A stretch of 16,817 nucleotides of DNA, from NCBI GenBank assembly GCA_036231405.1, contig JAZAHK010000021.1:1-16817 (forward strand), in the 5' to 3' direction. The number at the start of each line of letters is the position of its first letter. The first letter of the stretch is position 1. The position numbers were made by a program, and so were the translations under genes. This document shows positions 1 to 7,291 of this stretch, in pieces. Source of the stretch: Nitrospinota bacterium. GTDB taxonomy: Bacteria > UBA8248. Under the pieces are notes generated by a model, which was not told the origin of the DNA, did no database searches, and worked only from the letters and a program-made list of their open reading frames with translations.

Positions 1-1339
1 TTAAATAATTAGGAAGATTAACTCTATTTTTCAGAACCGAAGTTCCTCTTGTTAGCAAAAGAAAATTTAGAAAACTTGACATTGAAGTTGCGAAAGCAAT
101 GCCTATATAACCAAAAGGATACACTAACAAAAGACTGAAAATAATATTAGCAAACAAGGTATAATATGCGCATTTCATAGGATATTTTGCATCTAAAGCT
201 GCATGGTAAGCAGAAACTATCAATCTATTTATTCCAAAAAATACGATGCCAAACGAATACGCCTGAAGTGTTCTAGCGCTGGATAAAACATCGTTACTGG
301 TAAATTCTCCCCTTTGAAAAAGTAATTCTATAATAGGATTTGCCAATATGATTAAACCTATTGAAGCAGGTATGGCAACACTTAATAAAATCTCACTAGA
401 TTTACTCAAAGTTTCTTCGGAATGTGAACTTCTATCTTCTCCTTTTTCCTCAGATAAAAGTGGAAATGCAACAGTAGTAACTGCAATGGATATTAGAGCA
501 TGAGGAAATTGGACTAATCTATTGGCATAGTATAAATATGAAATAGAACCAACCGACAGGAATGATGCTAACACCCTATCCACCAAAACATTGATTTGAA
601 GAACTCCTATGCTTAATGCAGTTGGTCCAACCATTAGCAAGAAATTTTTAATCTCAGGAGTTCTAAAAGAATTAGTAAAAACAGGAAAAATTTTATTTTT
701 ATATAAAACAGGCAATTGAATAAAGAACTGTATAAAACCACCAATCAAAACTGCCCATGACAAGTAAAATAGAATTCTTTCATATGAGGAACCAAGGAAT
801 AAAACCAACACAACGATCATGGTTAAGTTTTGAAAAGCCGGTGCAATGGCAGGGATGAAAAAAAACTTATTAGCATTTAAAATAGAACTGGAAATCCCCC
901 AAAGAGAAATGAAGAATAGAAAGGGAAACATTATTTTCAATAAAGCACTTGTTAAAAGGAATTTCTTATTGCTACTCATAAATCCTGGGAATAAAATTTG
1001 AACGATCTGATCTGAGAAATAGAAACCTATAACACTAAGAATTAGGAAAAAAATGATTATCATTACAGAGACAGACCCACTAAACTTTTCTGGTGTTGTT
1101 TTTGTGTTTACACTTTTAATATTTTTATAAATAGGAATAAATGAGGAATTTAACGCACCATCTGTAAAAATCCTTCTAAAAATACTTGGCACTGAAAAAG
1201 CTGCAAAGAAAATATCAGCATACATTCCTGCCCCTAGTGCCCTGGCTATTAAAACGTCTCTTAAAAAACCGAGGATACGGCTAATTAATGTGGCTAAACT
1301 TACTTTTCCAGAAAAAAATAGTATTTGTTTATAATTCAT
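1..1339 (-). CDS. murJ: Lipid II flippase MurJ (MviN), 3' end runs off the window
   Basis: Not in the ORF track because its stop is outside the window. Manual translation from ATG at 1339: MNYKQILFFSGKVSLATLISRILGFLRDVLIARALGAGMYADIFFAAFSVPSIFRRIFTDGALNSSFIP...LQINVLVDRVLASFLSVGSISYLYYANRLVQFP...GYIGIAFATSMSS. These are typical MurJ motifs, all in the same frame through to position 1. Divergent from rpsT, a common arrangement. Confidence 0.96.
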   Translation of the reverse strand, partial: MNYKQILFFSGKVSLATLISRILGFLRDVLIARALGAGMYADIFFAAFSVPSIFRRIFTDGALNSSFIPIYKNIKSVNTKTTPEKFSGSVSVMIIIFFLILSVIGFYFSDQIVQILFPGFMSSNKKFLLTSALLKIMFPFLFFISLWGISSSILNANKFFFIPAIAPAFQNLTMIVVLVLFLGSSYERILFYLSWAVLIGGFIQFFIQLPVLYKNKIFPVFTNSFRTPEIKNFLLMVGPTALSIGVLQINVLVDRVLASFLSVGSISYLYYANRLVQFPHALISIAVTTVAFPLLSEEKGEDRSSHSEETLSKSSEILLSVAIPASIGLIILANPIIELLFQRGEFTSNDVLSSARTLQAYSFGIVFFGINRLIVSAYHAALDAKYPMKCAYYTLFANIIFSLLLVYPFGYIGIAFATSMSSFLNFLLLTRGTSVLKNRVNLPNYL

Positions 1340-1409
1340 AATATTTTCTTAATCACTATGTGATTTATGTATAAATTTTTAAGAAACTAAATATTTTAAA
1401 GATCTAAAC

Positions 1410-1437
1410 TTGACAAGTCTTCGCATAATGTTATTTT
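1410..1437 (+). promoter_or_regulatory. Putative sigma70 promoter for rpsT
   Basis: Perfect TTGACA at 1410-1415, 16-nt spacer, then TGn-TATTTT (extended -10-like) at 1429-1437. A second perfect TATAAT lies at 1447-1452, closer to the start codon. Confidence 0.55.
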
Positions 1438-1471
1438 CTTTTCTTTTATAATCTTATAGCTAGGAAAAAAA

Positions 1472-1723
1472 TTGGAACATAGTCCATCTGCTAAAAAAAG
1501 GCACAGACAAAACCTTATTCGAAATTCTCGAAATAGATCTGTTAGAACGCAACTTAGAAACAAAATCAAAATAGTTAGAGATTTAACAGAAAAAAAAGAA
1601 GACTCTGATAGTGCATTAATAGAAGCACAACGCTCTTTAAGCAAGGCTGCCACAAGACACATAATACACAAAAAAACTGCCTCCAGGCTAATTTCTAGAT
1701 TGGCTAAATTGTCACAAAAATAA
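1472..1723 (+). CDS. rpsT: 30S ribosomal protein S20 (bS20)
   Basis: 83 aa basic protein with SAKKRHRQ..RNRSVRTQLR and KAATRHIIHKKTASRLISRL motifs. TTG start with AGGA (1462-1465) upstream; a UUG start is also known for E. coli rpsT. Confidence 0.96.
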   Translation: MEHSPSAKKRHRQNLIRNSRNRSVRTQLRNKIKIVRDLTEKKEDSDSALIEAQRSLSKAATRHIIHKKTASRLISRLAKLSQK

Positions 1724-1725
1724 TT

Positions 1726-2763
1726 TCAAACAGCGGCCTTCAGTTGTTTTCTCCTAACTAAATGAGACTCTATAAAAAAGATTTCAAATAATCTACATAG
1801 ATTTGATTTATCTCCTTCCCGTTTTATTCTCCTATCAAGTTCTTGAAGTCTTAAACATAAATATCTCAAATAAGACACTGAAAGATTTTTCGATTGGTTC
1901 TTTACGTTTTTTAAAAGAAACTTAGGGATTTTAGTAGTTTCAATTATTTTCGAATCGTCCAACCCTTTTGAAACTGCAATTTTACATGCTAACCACCTAC
2001 TTACATTTGATCGCAAAACACCCAAAAGCATTTCTGGAGCCTCATTACTTAATAGTCTTCTAACCACGACAAGTGCTTCTTCCAAATTTCCTTGAAGAAA
2101 TAGATCTCCAAGCTTAAAAATCGCATCTACTTTAGATCTTCCTACCAAATTTGAGACATCGTTAATAGACACATTCCCACCAACTCCAACAAAATCTCTA
2201 AGTTTTTTTAATTCCGAATATATATGTCCCATAGAAGGTTCAACAACTTCAAAAATAAATTCTGAAACATCTTTCGTCAAATTAATTCCTAAAGTCTTAG
2301 CAGTAGCTATAGTCCAGTCCTTTAGTAAATAATTAGGAAATGTATCAACATCAAATATTTTCCCATATTTTTTTATGATTTTATAAAATATGCTTCTTAC
2401 GTCTACTTTATCTGAAATGAAGAATAAGATTACTGAATCTACTTTATCTTCAATCATTTTTTCTAATTGTTCTTTATCATCAGCATTAAATTTTTCTGAA
2501 TTTTTAATTTCTATTAGGCGTTTGTCTGAAATAAAGGGAAAAGTCTGTGAAGCTGCCTGAACATCCATTAATGAAACGTTATTTAAATCAAAAAAATCAT
2601 GATTAAAAGAATTCTCATCTTCAGATAAAGATTGTGACCTAATTTTTTCTATAAATTGATCTCTTAGAAAAAAATTCTTGCCAAAAAGTAATATTACCGA
2701 TGGAATTTCTGCCGAATTTATGTTTTCTAATTCTAATAATATATTTGAATTATTAGTTCTCAT
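1726..2763 (-). CDS. holA: DNA polymerase III delta subunit
   Basis: 345 aa. Shows ILLFGKNFFL, SQTFPFISDKRLIEIKN, SELKKL, IFKLGD and LQELDRRIK patterns of HolA, and sits downstream of lptE next to rpsT as is typical. Confidence 0.9.
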   Translation of the reverse strand: MRTNNSNILLELENINSAEIPSVILLFGKNFFLRDQFIEKIRSQSLSEDENSFNHDFFDLNNVSLMDVQAASQTFPFISDKRLIEIKNSEKFNADDKEQLEKMIEDKVDSVILFFISDKVDVRSIFYKIIKKYGKIFDVDTFPNYLLKDWTIATAKTLGINLTKDVSEFIFEVVEPSMGHIYSELKKLRDFVGVGGNVSINDVSNLVGRSKVDAIFKLGDLFLQGNLEEALVVVRRLLSNEAPEMLLGVLRSNVSRWLACKIAVSKGLDDSKIIETTKIPKFLLKNVKNQSKNLSVSYLRYLCLRLQELDRRIKREGDKSNLCRLFEIFFIESHLVRRKQLKAAV

Positions 2764-2769
2764 AGGTTT

Positions 2770-3300
2770 TTAAAATGTTTCAAAAATAGTGTCTAACAAT
2801 TCCAAAGAAAAATTTTCTGCGCCCTTTTCGACCGCATCATTTCTATTTTTATCGCTTTCATCTACTTTTGAAGATATTTCAAATTCTATTTCTGTTTCTA
2901 TTTTCTTGAACTGTAACCTATCCCCATTAGTCAGGTCTGACAACTCGTACTCGATCTTGACAAAAACTCTATACCTTTTCACTTGATCATCTTTACTAAA
3001 ACCAACAGGAATTAATTTGTATTCAATGATTTTCGCCTGAAGAGACACATTCGCTTTATTTTTATCTGCAGGCTTTAGCCTTCCATCCTTTAGAAAACTA
3101 TTCCTAACATTACGCGTAAAAATCTGAGATAGATTCGATTCACCAGATAGGTTTTTAAATTGAGAAACATAAACATAGTTTTTTCCAATCAAAAAATTTG
3201 GAATTTTAGTACCTTCCAAACTGTACCCACATGAATTCATGCAAAGAATTAAAAAAGGAAAAAAGAGTAAAAAGTAATTAAATTTATATCTTCTTATCAT
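2770..3300 (-). CDS. lptE: LPS assembly lipoprotein LptE
   Basis: Start reassigned to ATG at 3300 (176 aa). Basic N-terminus, hydrophobic core and lipobox-like MNS-C-GY followed by SLEG, matching the CG(F/Y)xL start of LptE. Directly upstream of holA. Confidence 0.82.
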   Translation of the reverse strand: MIRRYKFNYFLLFFPFLILCMNSCGYSLEGTKIPNFLIGKNYVYVSQFKNLSGESNLSQIFTRNVRNSFLKDGRLKPADKNKANVSLQAKIIEYKLIPVGFSKDDQVKRYRVFVKIEYELSDLTNGDRLQFKKIETEIEFEISSKVDESDKNRNDAVEKGAENFSLELLDTIFETF

Positions 3301-3310
3301 GGATTTTTTT

Positions 3311-3784
3311 TTAAGCTGTAATTTTTTCACGAAAAATTTTATCCAATATACCATTAATGAAAGAAGGGGTTTTTTTATCTTCCTCGTAAAGCTTTGATAG
3401 TGCAACGGATTCATCTATTACTACTTTTGGTGGAATATCCTTAAAATAGATAAATTGGCAAATTCCTAATCGTAAAATGCAAAGAGTTATTATGTCGATT
3501 CTTTCTAAACGTCGATTTTTACTGTATTTTTCAATATTAAAGTCTATATCTTCTTTATTTTCATATATTTTACAAATAAGACTTAAAGCAAATTCTCTAC
3601 TTTTATTTAACTTCCGATTTTTGGTATCATATGGATGAATTTTTTCATAATCTTTAATTAAATCATTTATTGATGTAACCTTTAATTTTTTATCAGAAAA
3701 AGCATTCTCTATAAAATACAATATTCTCAATGCTTCTTCTCTTCCGCTACTCCTTTGACCTTTAATCATTTTTTTTACTGCCAT
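3311..3784 (-). CDS. nusB: Transcription antitermination factor NusB
   Basis: REEALRILY, ILRLG, IPPKVVIDESVALSK and FINGILD motifs; follows ribH with a 10-bp overlap. Alternative start ATG at 3769. Confidence 0.93.
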   Translation of the reverse strand: MAVKKMIKGQRSSGREEALRILYFIENAFSDKKLKVTSINDLIKDYEKIHPYDTKNRKLNKSREFALSLICKIYENKEDIDFNIEKYSKNRRLERIDIITLCILRLGICQFIYFKDIPPKVVIDESVALSKLYEEDKKTPSFINGILDKIFREKITA

Positions 3785-4248
3785 GTCATCAGACCCATTT
3801 CAACAGCAGAAAGTGCACATTCATACCCTTTATTATTCATTTTTTCACCTGAACGTTCTTTTGCCTGTGCTATATTTTCAGTTGTCAAAATGCCATGCAA
3901 TATAGGAACGTTAAATTCCAATGAAATGCTCATAAGGGAACGTGTTACTTCATTACATATTAAATCGTAATGGGAAGTTGCACCCCTAATAACACAACCT
4001 AATGCAATAATTGCGTCATAATGTTTTTCTAAGCTTGGATTAGCACATTCATTCTTAACTGCTAAAGGTATTTCAAAAGCACCCGGCACTGATCTATAAA
4101 AAATATCTTCATTAGAAACTTTACATGTCGACAAACCATCCATAGCACCTCTAAACAAAGAATGTACAATAGATTGATTATATTCAGAATATACTATAGC
4201 TATCCTTAAACCCATTCCGTCGAGAATTCTCTCTTTACTTTCGCCCAT
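3775..4248 (-). CDS. ribH: 6,7-dimethyl-8-ribityllumazine synthase
   Basis: VPGAFEIPL, DAIIALGCVIRGATSHYD, GILTTENIAQAKERSG and NKGYECALSAVEM motifs. ATG directly follows the upstream TAA, with a GGAG Shine-Dalgarno (SD). Confidence 0.97.
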   Translation of the reverse strand: MGESKERILDGMGLRIAIVYSEYNQSIVHSLFRGAMDGLSTCKVSNEDIFYRSVPGAFEIPLAVKNECANPSLEKHYDAIIALGCVIRGATSHYDLICNEVTRSLMSISLEFNVPILHGILTTENIAQAKERSGEKMNNKGYECALSAVEMGLMTWQ

Positions 4249-5505
4249 TTATTTCTCCACATTGAATTGTTGCCTGTCAAGCAAAGAGTTTTTCAATTCC
4301 ACTCCATCCCTCTTAACTGGAACACTCGTCTCCGTATCTACAAACATTCTTCCAGTTAATTCTAGTCCATAACCTTCAAGTGCAATGATCCTTCTCTCAT
4401 CATTCGTTATTATCTTAATTTTATTGAGTCCTAAGTCCGCTAATATTTGTGCCCCTATTCCATAATCTCTCAATCCTGGTTCATCAGCAGGAGAAGTACT
4501 CTTTTCATTCTCCTTTCTTTCTAAAAGTGAATTTTCAAAATTTGACGGCAACTTATTTACAGGCATATCTGGCTGCAAATAAACAAAAACCCCTTTGCCT
4601 TTTTCTTGAATAAGAGACAATGCATTTCTTAGTCTGTCGGGCATGTCTGCCCTTAAAAGATGAAAAAAATCTTTTATATTTTCTGATGGATGAACACGAA
4701 CAAGCGTCTCCTCTTCTGGCGCAACCTCACCTTTAACCAGTGCCATATGCAATTGCATGGTTGCTTTGTTTCTAAATAGTACTGTCTTAAAATCTCCGTA
4801 ATCAGTAGTGATTTCACCTTCTTCTAGTCTTTCAATTAGTCCCTCATGCACCATTCTATATGCAATCAAATCTTTAATTGTAATAATCGACAAATCCTTT
4901 TCTTTAGACAACTCTATAAGATCCGGCAATCTTGCCATCGAACCATCGTCTTTCAAAACTTCACATATAACACCAGATGGCTTCATACCAGCCAGACGAG
5001 ACAGATCTACAGCAGCTTCTGTGTGCCCCGCTCTTCTCAAAACACCGCCTGACATACCCCTTAGAGGGAAAACATGCCCTGGGCTTACAAGATCAGAAGG
5101 AACTACATTTTCATTAATTGCTGTCGCAATTGTATGAGATCTATCAAAGGCACTTATTCCAGATGTAACGCCATCTCTCGCTTCAATAGAAACAGTAAAA
5201 TTAGTTCCAAACTTAGAGTTATTCTGGCCCTCTTCTATCATCATTTTAAGACCGAGAGAATCTACTTGATCGGGAGACAACGCTAAACAAACTAATCCTC
5301 TAGCTTCTTTTGTCATAACATTGATAGATTCAGGCGTCACTTTACTGGCAGCTTGTACTAAGTCTCCTTCATTTTCTCTCCCTTCATCATCAACCACTAT
5401 TATCATTTTTCCATTTTTAATCTCTGCAATTGCTTTTTCAATTGACGAAAAAGGAGATTGAGAATCATTCATTTTTATTTCTGCATCATTTTGATTGTTA
5501 GACAC
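4249..5505 (-). CDS. ribB: 3,4-dihydroxy-2-butanone 4-phosphate (DHBP) synthase fused to a degenerate GTP cyclohydrolase II-like domain (RibBX type)
   Basis: N-domain has intact RENEGDL, FTVSIE, PGHVFPL, RAGHTEAAVDL and ICE motifs. C-domain keeps LVRVH and RDYGIGAQILADLG but has no cysteines and no QEGRG motif. GTG start with AAGGA 7 nt upstream. Confidence 0.93.
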   Translation of the reverse strand: MSNNQNDAEIKMNDSQSPFSSIEKAIAEIKNGKMIIVVDDEGRENEGDLVQAASKVTPESINVMTKEARGLVCLALSPDQVDSLGLKMMIEEGQNNSKFGTNFTVSIEARDGVTSGISAFDRSHTIATAINENVVPSDLVSPGHVFPLRGMSGGVLRRAGHTEAAVDLSRLAGMKPSGVICEVLKDDGSMARLPDLIELSKEKDLSIITIKDLIAYRMVHEGLIERLEEGEITTDYGDFKTVLFRNKATMQLHMALVKGEVAPEEETLVRVHPSENIKDFFHLLRADMPDRLRNALSLIQEKGKGVFVYLQPDMPVNKLPSNFENSLLERKENEKSTSPADEPGLRDYGIGAQILADLGLNKIKIITNDERRIIALEGYGLELTGRMFVDTETSVPVKRDGVELKNSLLDRQQFNVEK

Positions 5506-5508
5506 CGC

Positions 5509-6114
5509 TTATTCCTTTAAGTCTGTATACGGAGAAACTAGCTTTTCAACGTACTTGCCGATCATGTCAACTTCAAGATTAACTTTCGAATCTACCTCTT
5601 TATTATTCAAAGTTGTACACTCTAATGTATGCGGAATAATTGCAACTGAGAAAGAATCCTCATCGCATTCTGCGATAGTAAGGCTTATTCCATCAACTGC
5701 AACAGAACCTTTATATACAACATATTTCATAATTTGTTTATTAGCTTTAATTTTAAACCAAAAAGACTCTCCGTCTTTTTCTATAGATTCTACTATTCCT
5801 ACTCCATCAATGTGGCCGCTTACTAAGTGCCCTCCAATTCTTTCATTTAAGTGCAAAGCTTTTTCCAAGTTACATTCATCACCTACTTTCAAATTTGCCA
5901 ATGTTGTTTTATTTAAAGTTTCATTAGATAAATCAGATTCAAATTTTGAAGTATCAAACGATACAACTGTTATACACGCACCATCTAGGGCTATAGAATC
6001 TCCTAATTTCACATCATCGAGGAATGAGTCTACTGATACAGATAGTCTTGCACCATCAGAATTTTTTTCAATTCCAGATATCTTTCCGATCTTCTCGATT
6101 ATTCCTGAGAACAT
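5509..6114 (-). CDS. ribE: Riboflavin synthase (alpha type; named ribC in E. coli)
   Basis: Start reassigned to ATG at 6114, giving the family's N-terminal MF(T/S)G motif (MFSGII; 201 aa). Also GDSIALDGACITV, NLEKAL, GGHLVSGHIDG, KGSVAVDGISLT and IIPHT. Confidence 0.97.
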   Translation of the reverse strand: MFSGIIEKIGKISGIEKNSDGARLSVSVDSFLDDVKLGDSIALDGACITVVSFDTSKFESDLSNETLNKTTLANLKVGDECNLEKALHLNERIGGHLVSGHIDGVGIVESIEKDGESFWFKIKANKQIMKYVVYKGSVAVDGISLTIAECDEDSFSVAIIPHTLECTTLNNKEVDSKVNLEVDMIGKYVEKLVSPYTDLKE

Positions 6115-6119
6115 GCTAT

Positions 6120-7286
6120 TTACAACTCCAAGTATTTGGTCTGAGGATACCATAAAAAAGGTTTATGAAATCTACCTCTATACAAAATGTCTTCCCCAAC
6201 AAATTCACATTTAAGATCAAACAATTGAGCTAAATAACTCAAGGCTACTGGGTTCGTTTCTCTAAATGCAGAGACTCCATTGTTTTCACCTATTATGATA
6301 GGAGAAACAAAATACATTAGATGATCCGCCATTTTTTCTCTTACAAAAGAACCATGCACAAGTCCACCTCCTTCAACAAGCAAGTGAGTAACATTTAACT
6401 TGGCAAGATAATCAAGTACTTTATTAATATCTAACAAACCTTGATTATTTTTAGGAACAACAACAACTTTCACACCTAAATCTTGAAACTCCTTTGAGAG
6501 TTCAGATGAAACATCCTCTCCAGTCATAATAATTGTAGAATTATTGCCATCAACTTTTAAAATTTTTGAATTTAAGGGAGTCCTTAAATTTGTGTCTAAT
6601 ACCACTCTCACTAAAGGATTCCCGGCTACCCCTTTTGGCCTTGCGGTTAATTGTGGGTCATCTTCTAAAATCGTCTGAATTCCCACTAGTATGGCATCAA
6701 CCGTGTTTCTAAAATGATGAGACAACTCTCTAGATTTTTCTCCTGTTATCCATCTGTCTTTCGCATTTTTACTAAAAATAAATCCGTCAAGACTCGACGC
6801 AACTTTAATAGTTATCAGAGGTCTCTTTAATAATGTATGGTTAAAGAATGGCTCATTTAAGAGAGTAGCTTCTTTTTCCATTAATCCAGTTTCAACCGTA
6901 ATTCCATTTGATTCTAAAGTTTCTATACCTTTTCCATTAACTAAAGGATTTGGATCTTTCACAGCAACAACAACATTTTTGATGCCTGATTTGATAATCA
7001 AAGGTGCACAAGGAGGGGTCTTGCCTTGATGAGAACATGGTTCTAAATTCAGATACAAGGTTCCTTCTTTAGCTTTCGTGCCTGCTTCATCTAGTGCAAC
7101 AACTTCTGCGTGTGGTCCCCCATATTTTTCATGCCACCCTCGTCCAACAATTACACCTTCTCTGTCAACAACAATCGCTCCTACCAATGGATTTGGACTA
7201 GTTACACCAATACCCTTAGAAGCTAAATGCAACACCTCTGACATCAGAATAAATTCTTTGCTTTTTTTATTAGACAAGTTTACCAA
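6120..7286 (-). CDS. ribD: Bifunctional pyrimidine deaminase / reductase RibD
   Basis: TSPNPLVGA, HAE and LEPCSHQGKTPPC (deaminase Zn site); SLDG, WITG, DDPQLTAR and LLVEGGG (reductase). Start uncertain: TTG 7286 or ATG 7244. Confidence 0.97.
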   Translation of the reverse strand: MVNLSNKKSKEFILMSEVLHLASKGIGVTSPNPLVGAIVVDREGVIVGRGWHEKYGGPHAEVVALDEAGTKAKEGTLYLNLEPCSHQGKTPPCAPLIIKSGIKNVVVAVKDPNPLVNGKGIETLESNGITVETGLMEKEATLLNEPFFNHTLLKRPLITIKVASSLDGFIFSKNAKDRWITGEKSRELSHHFRNTVDAILVGIQTILEDDPQLTARPKGVAGNPLVRVVLDTNLRTPLNSKILKVDGNNSTIIMTGEDVSSELSKEFQDLGVKVVVVPKNNQGLLDINKVLDYLAKLNVTHLLVEGGGLVHGSFVREKMADHLMYFVSPIIIGENNGVSAFRETNPVALSYLAQLFDLKCEFVGEDILYRGRFHKPFLWYPQTKYLEL

Positions 7287-7291
7287 AAGAA

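Noticed and set aside
1-3. TTA at the window start read as a murJ stop (TAA on minus)
   Set aside because: Out of frame with murJ, so the gene is cut by the window rather than truncated.
1396-1671. 91-aa minus-strand ORF
   Set aside because: Antisense to rpsT and its promoter; its hydrophobicity mirrors the A-rich Lys/Arg codons.
3304-3312. T9 run (and T8 at 3769-3776) as phase-variation or slippage sites
   Set aside because: Such runs are common throughout this AT-rich window and no reading frame is broken.
3301-3414. 38-aa N-terminal extension of lptE in the ORF track
   Set aside because: Overlaps nusB by more than 100 bp and would bury the lipoprotein signal peptide; ATG 3300 fits better.
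6115-6153. 13-aa N-terminal extension of ribE
   Set aside because: Riboflavin synthase begins at the MF(T/S)G motif, and the extension overlaps ribD.
5495-6214. 239-aa plus-strand ORF
   Set aside because: Antisense shadow of riboflavin synthase; Ser/Thr/Phe-rich with no recognisable motif.
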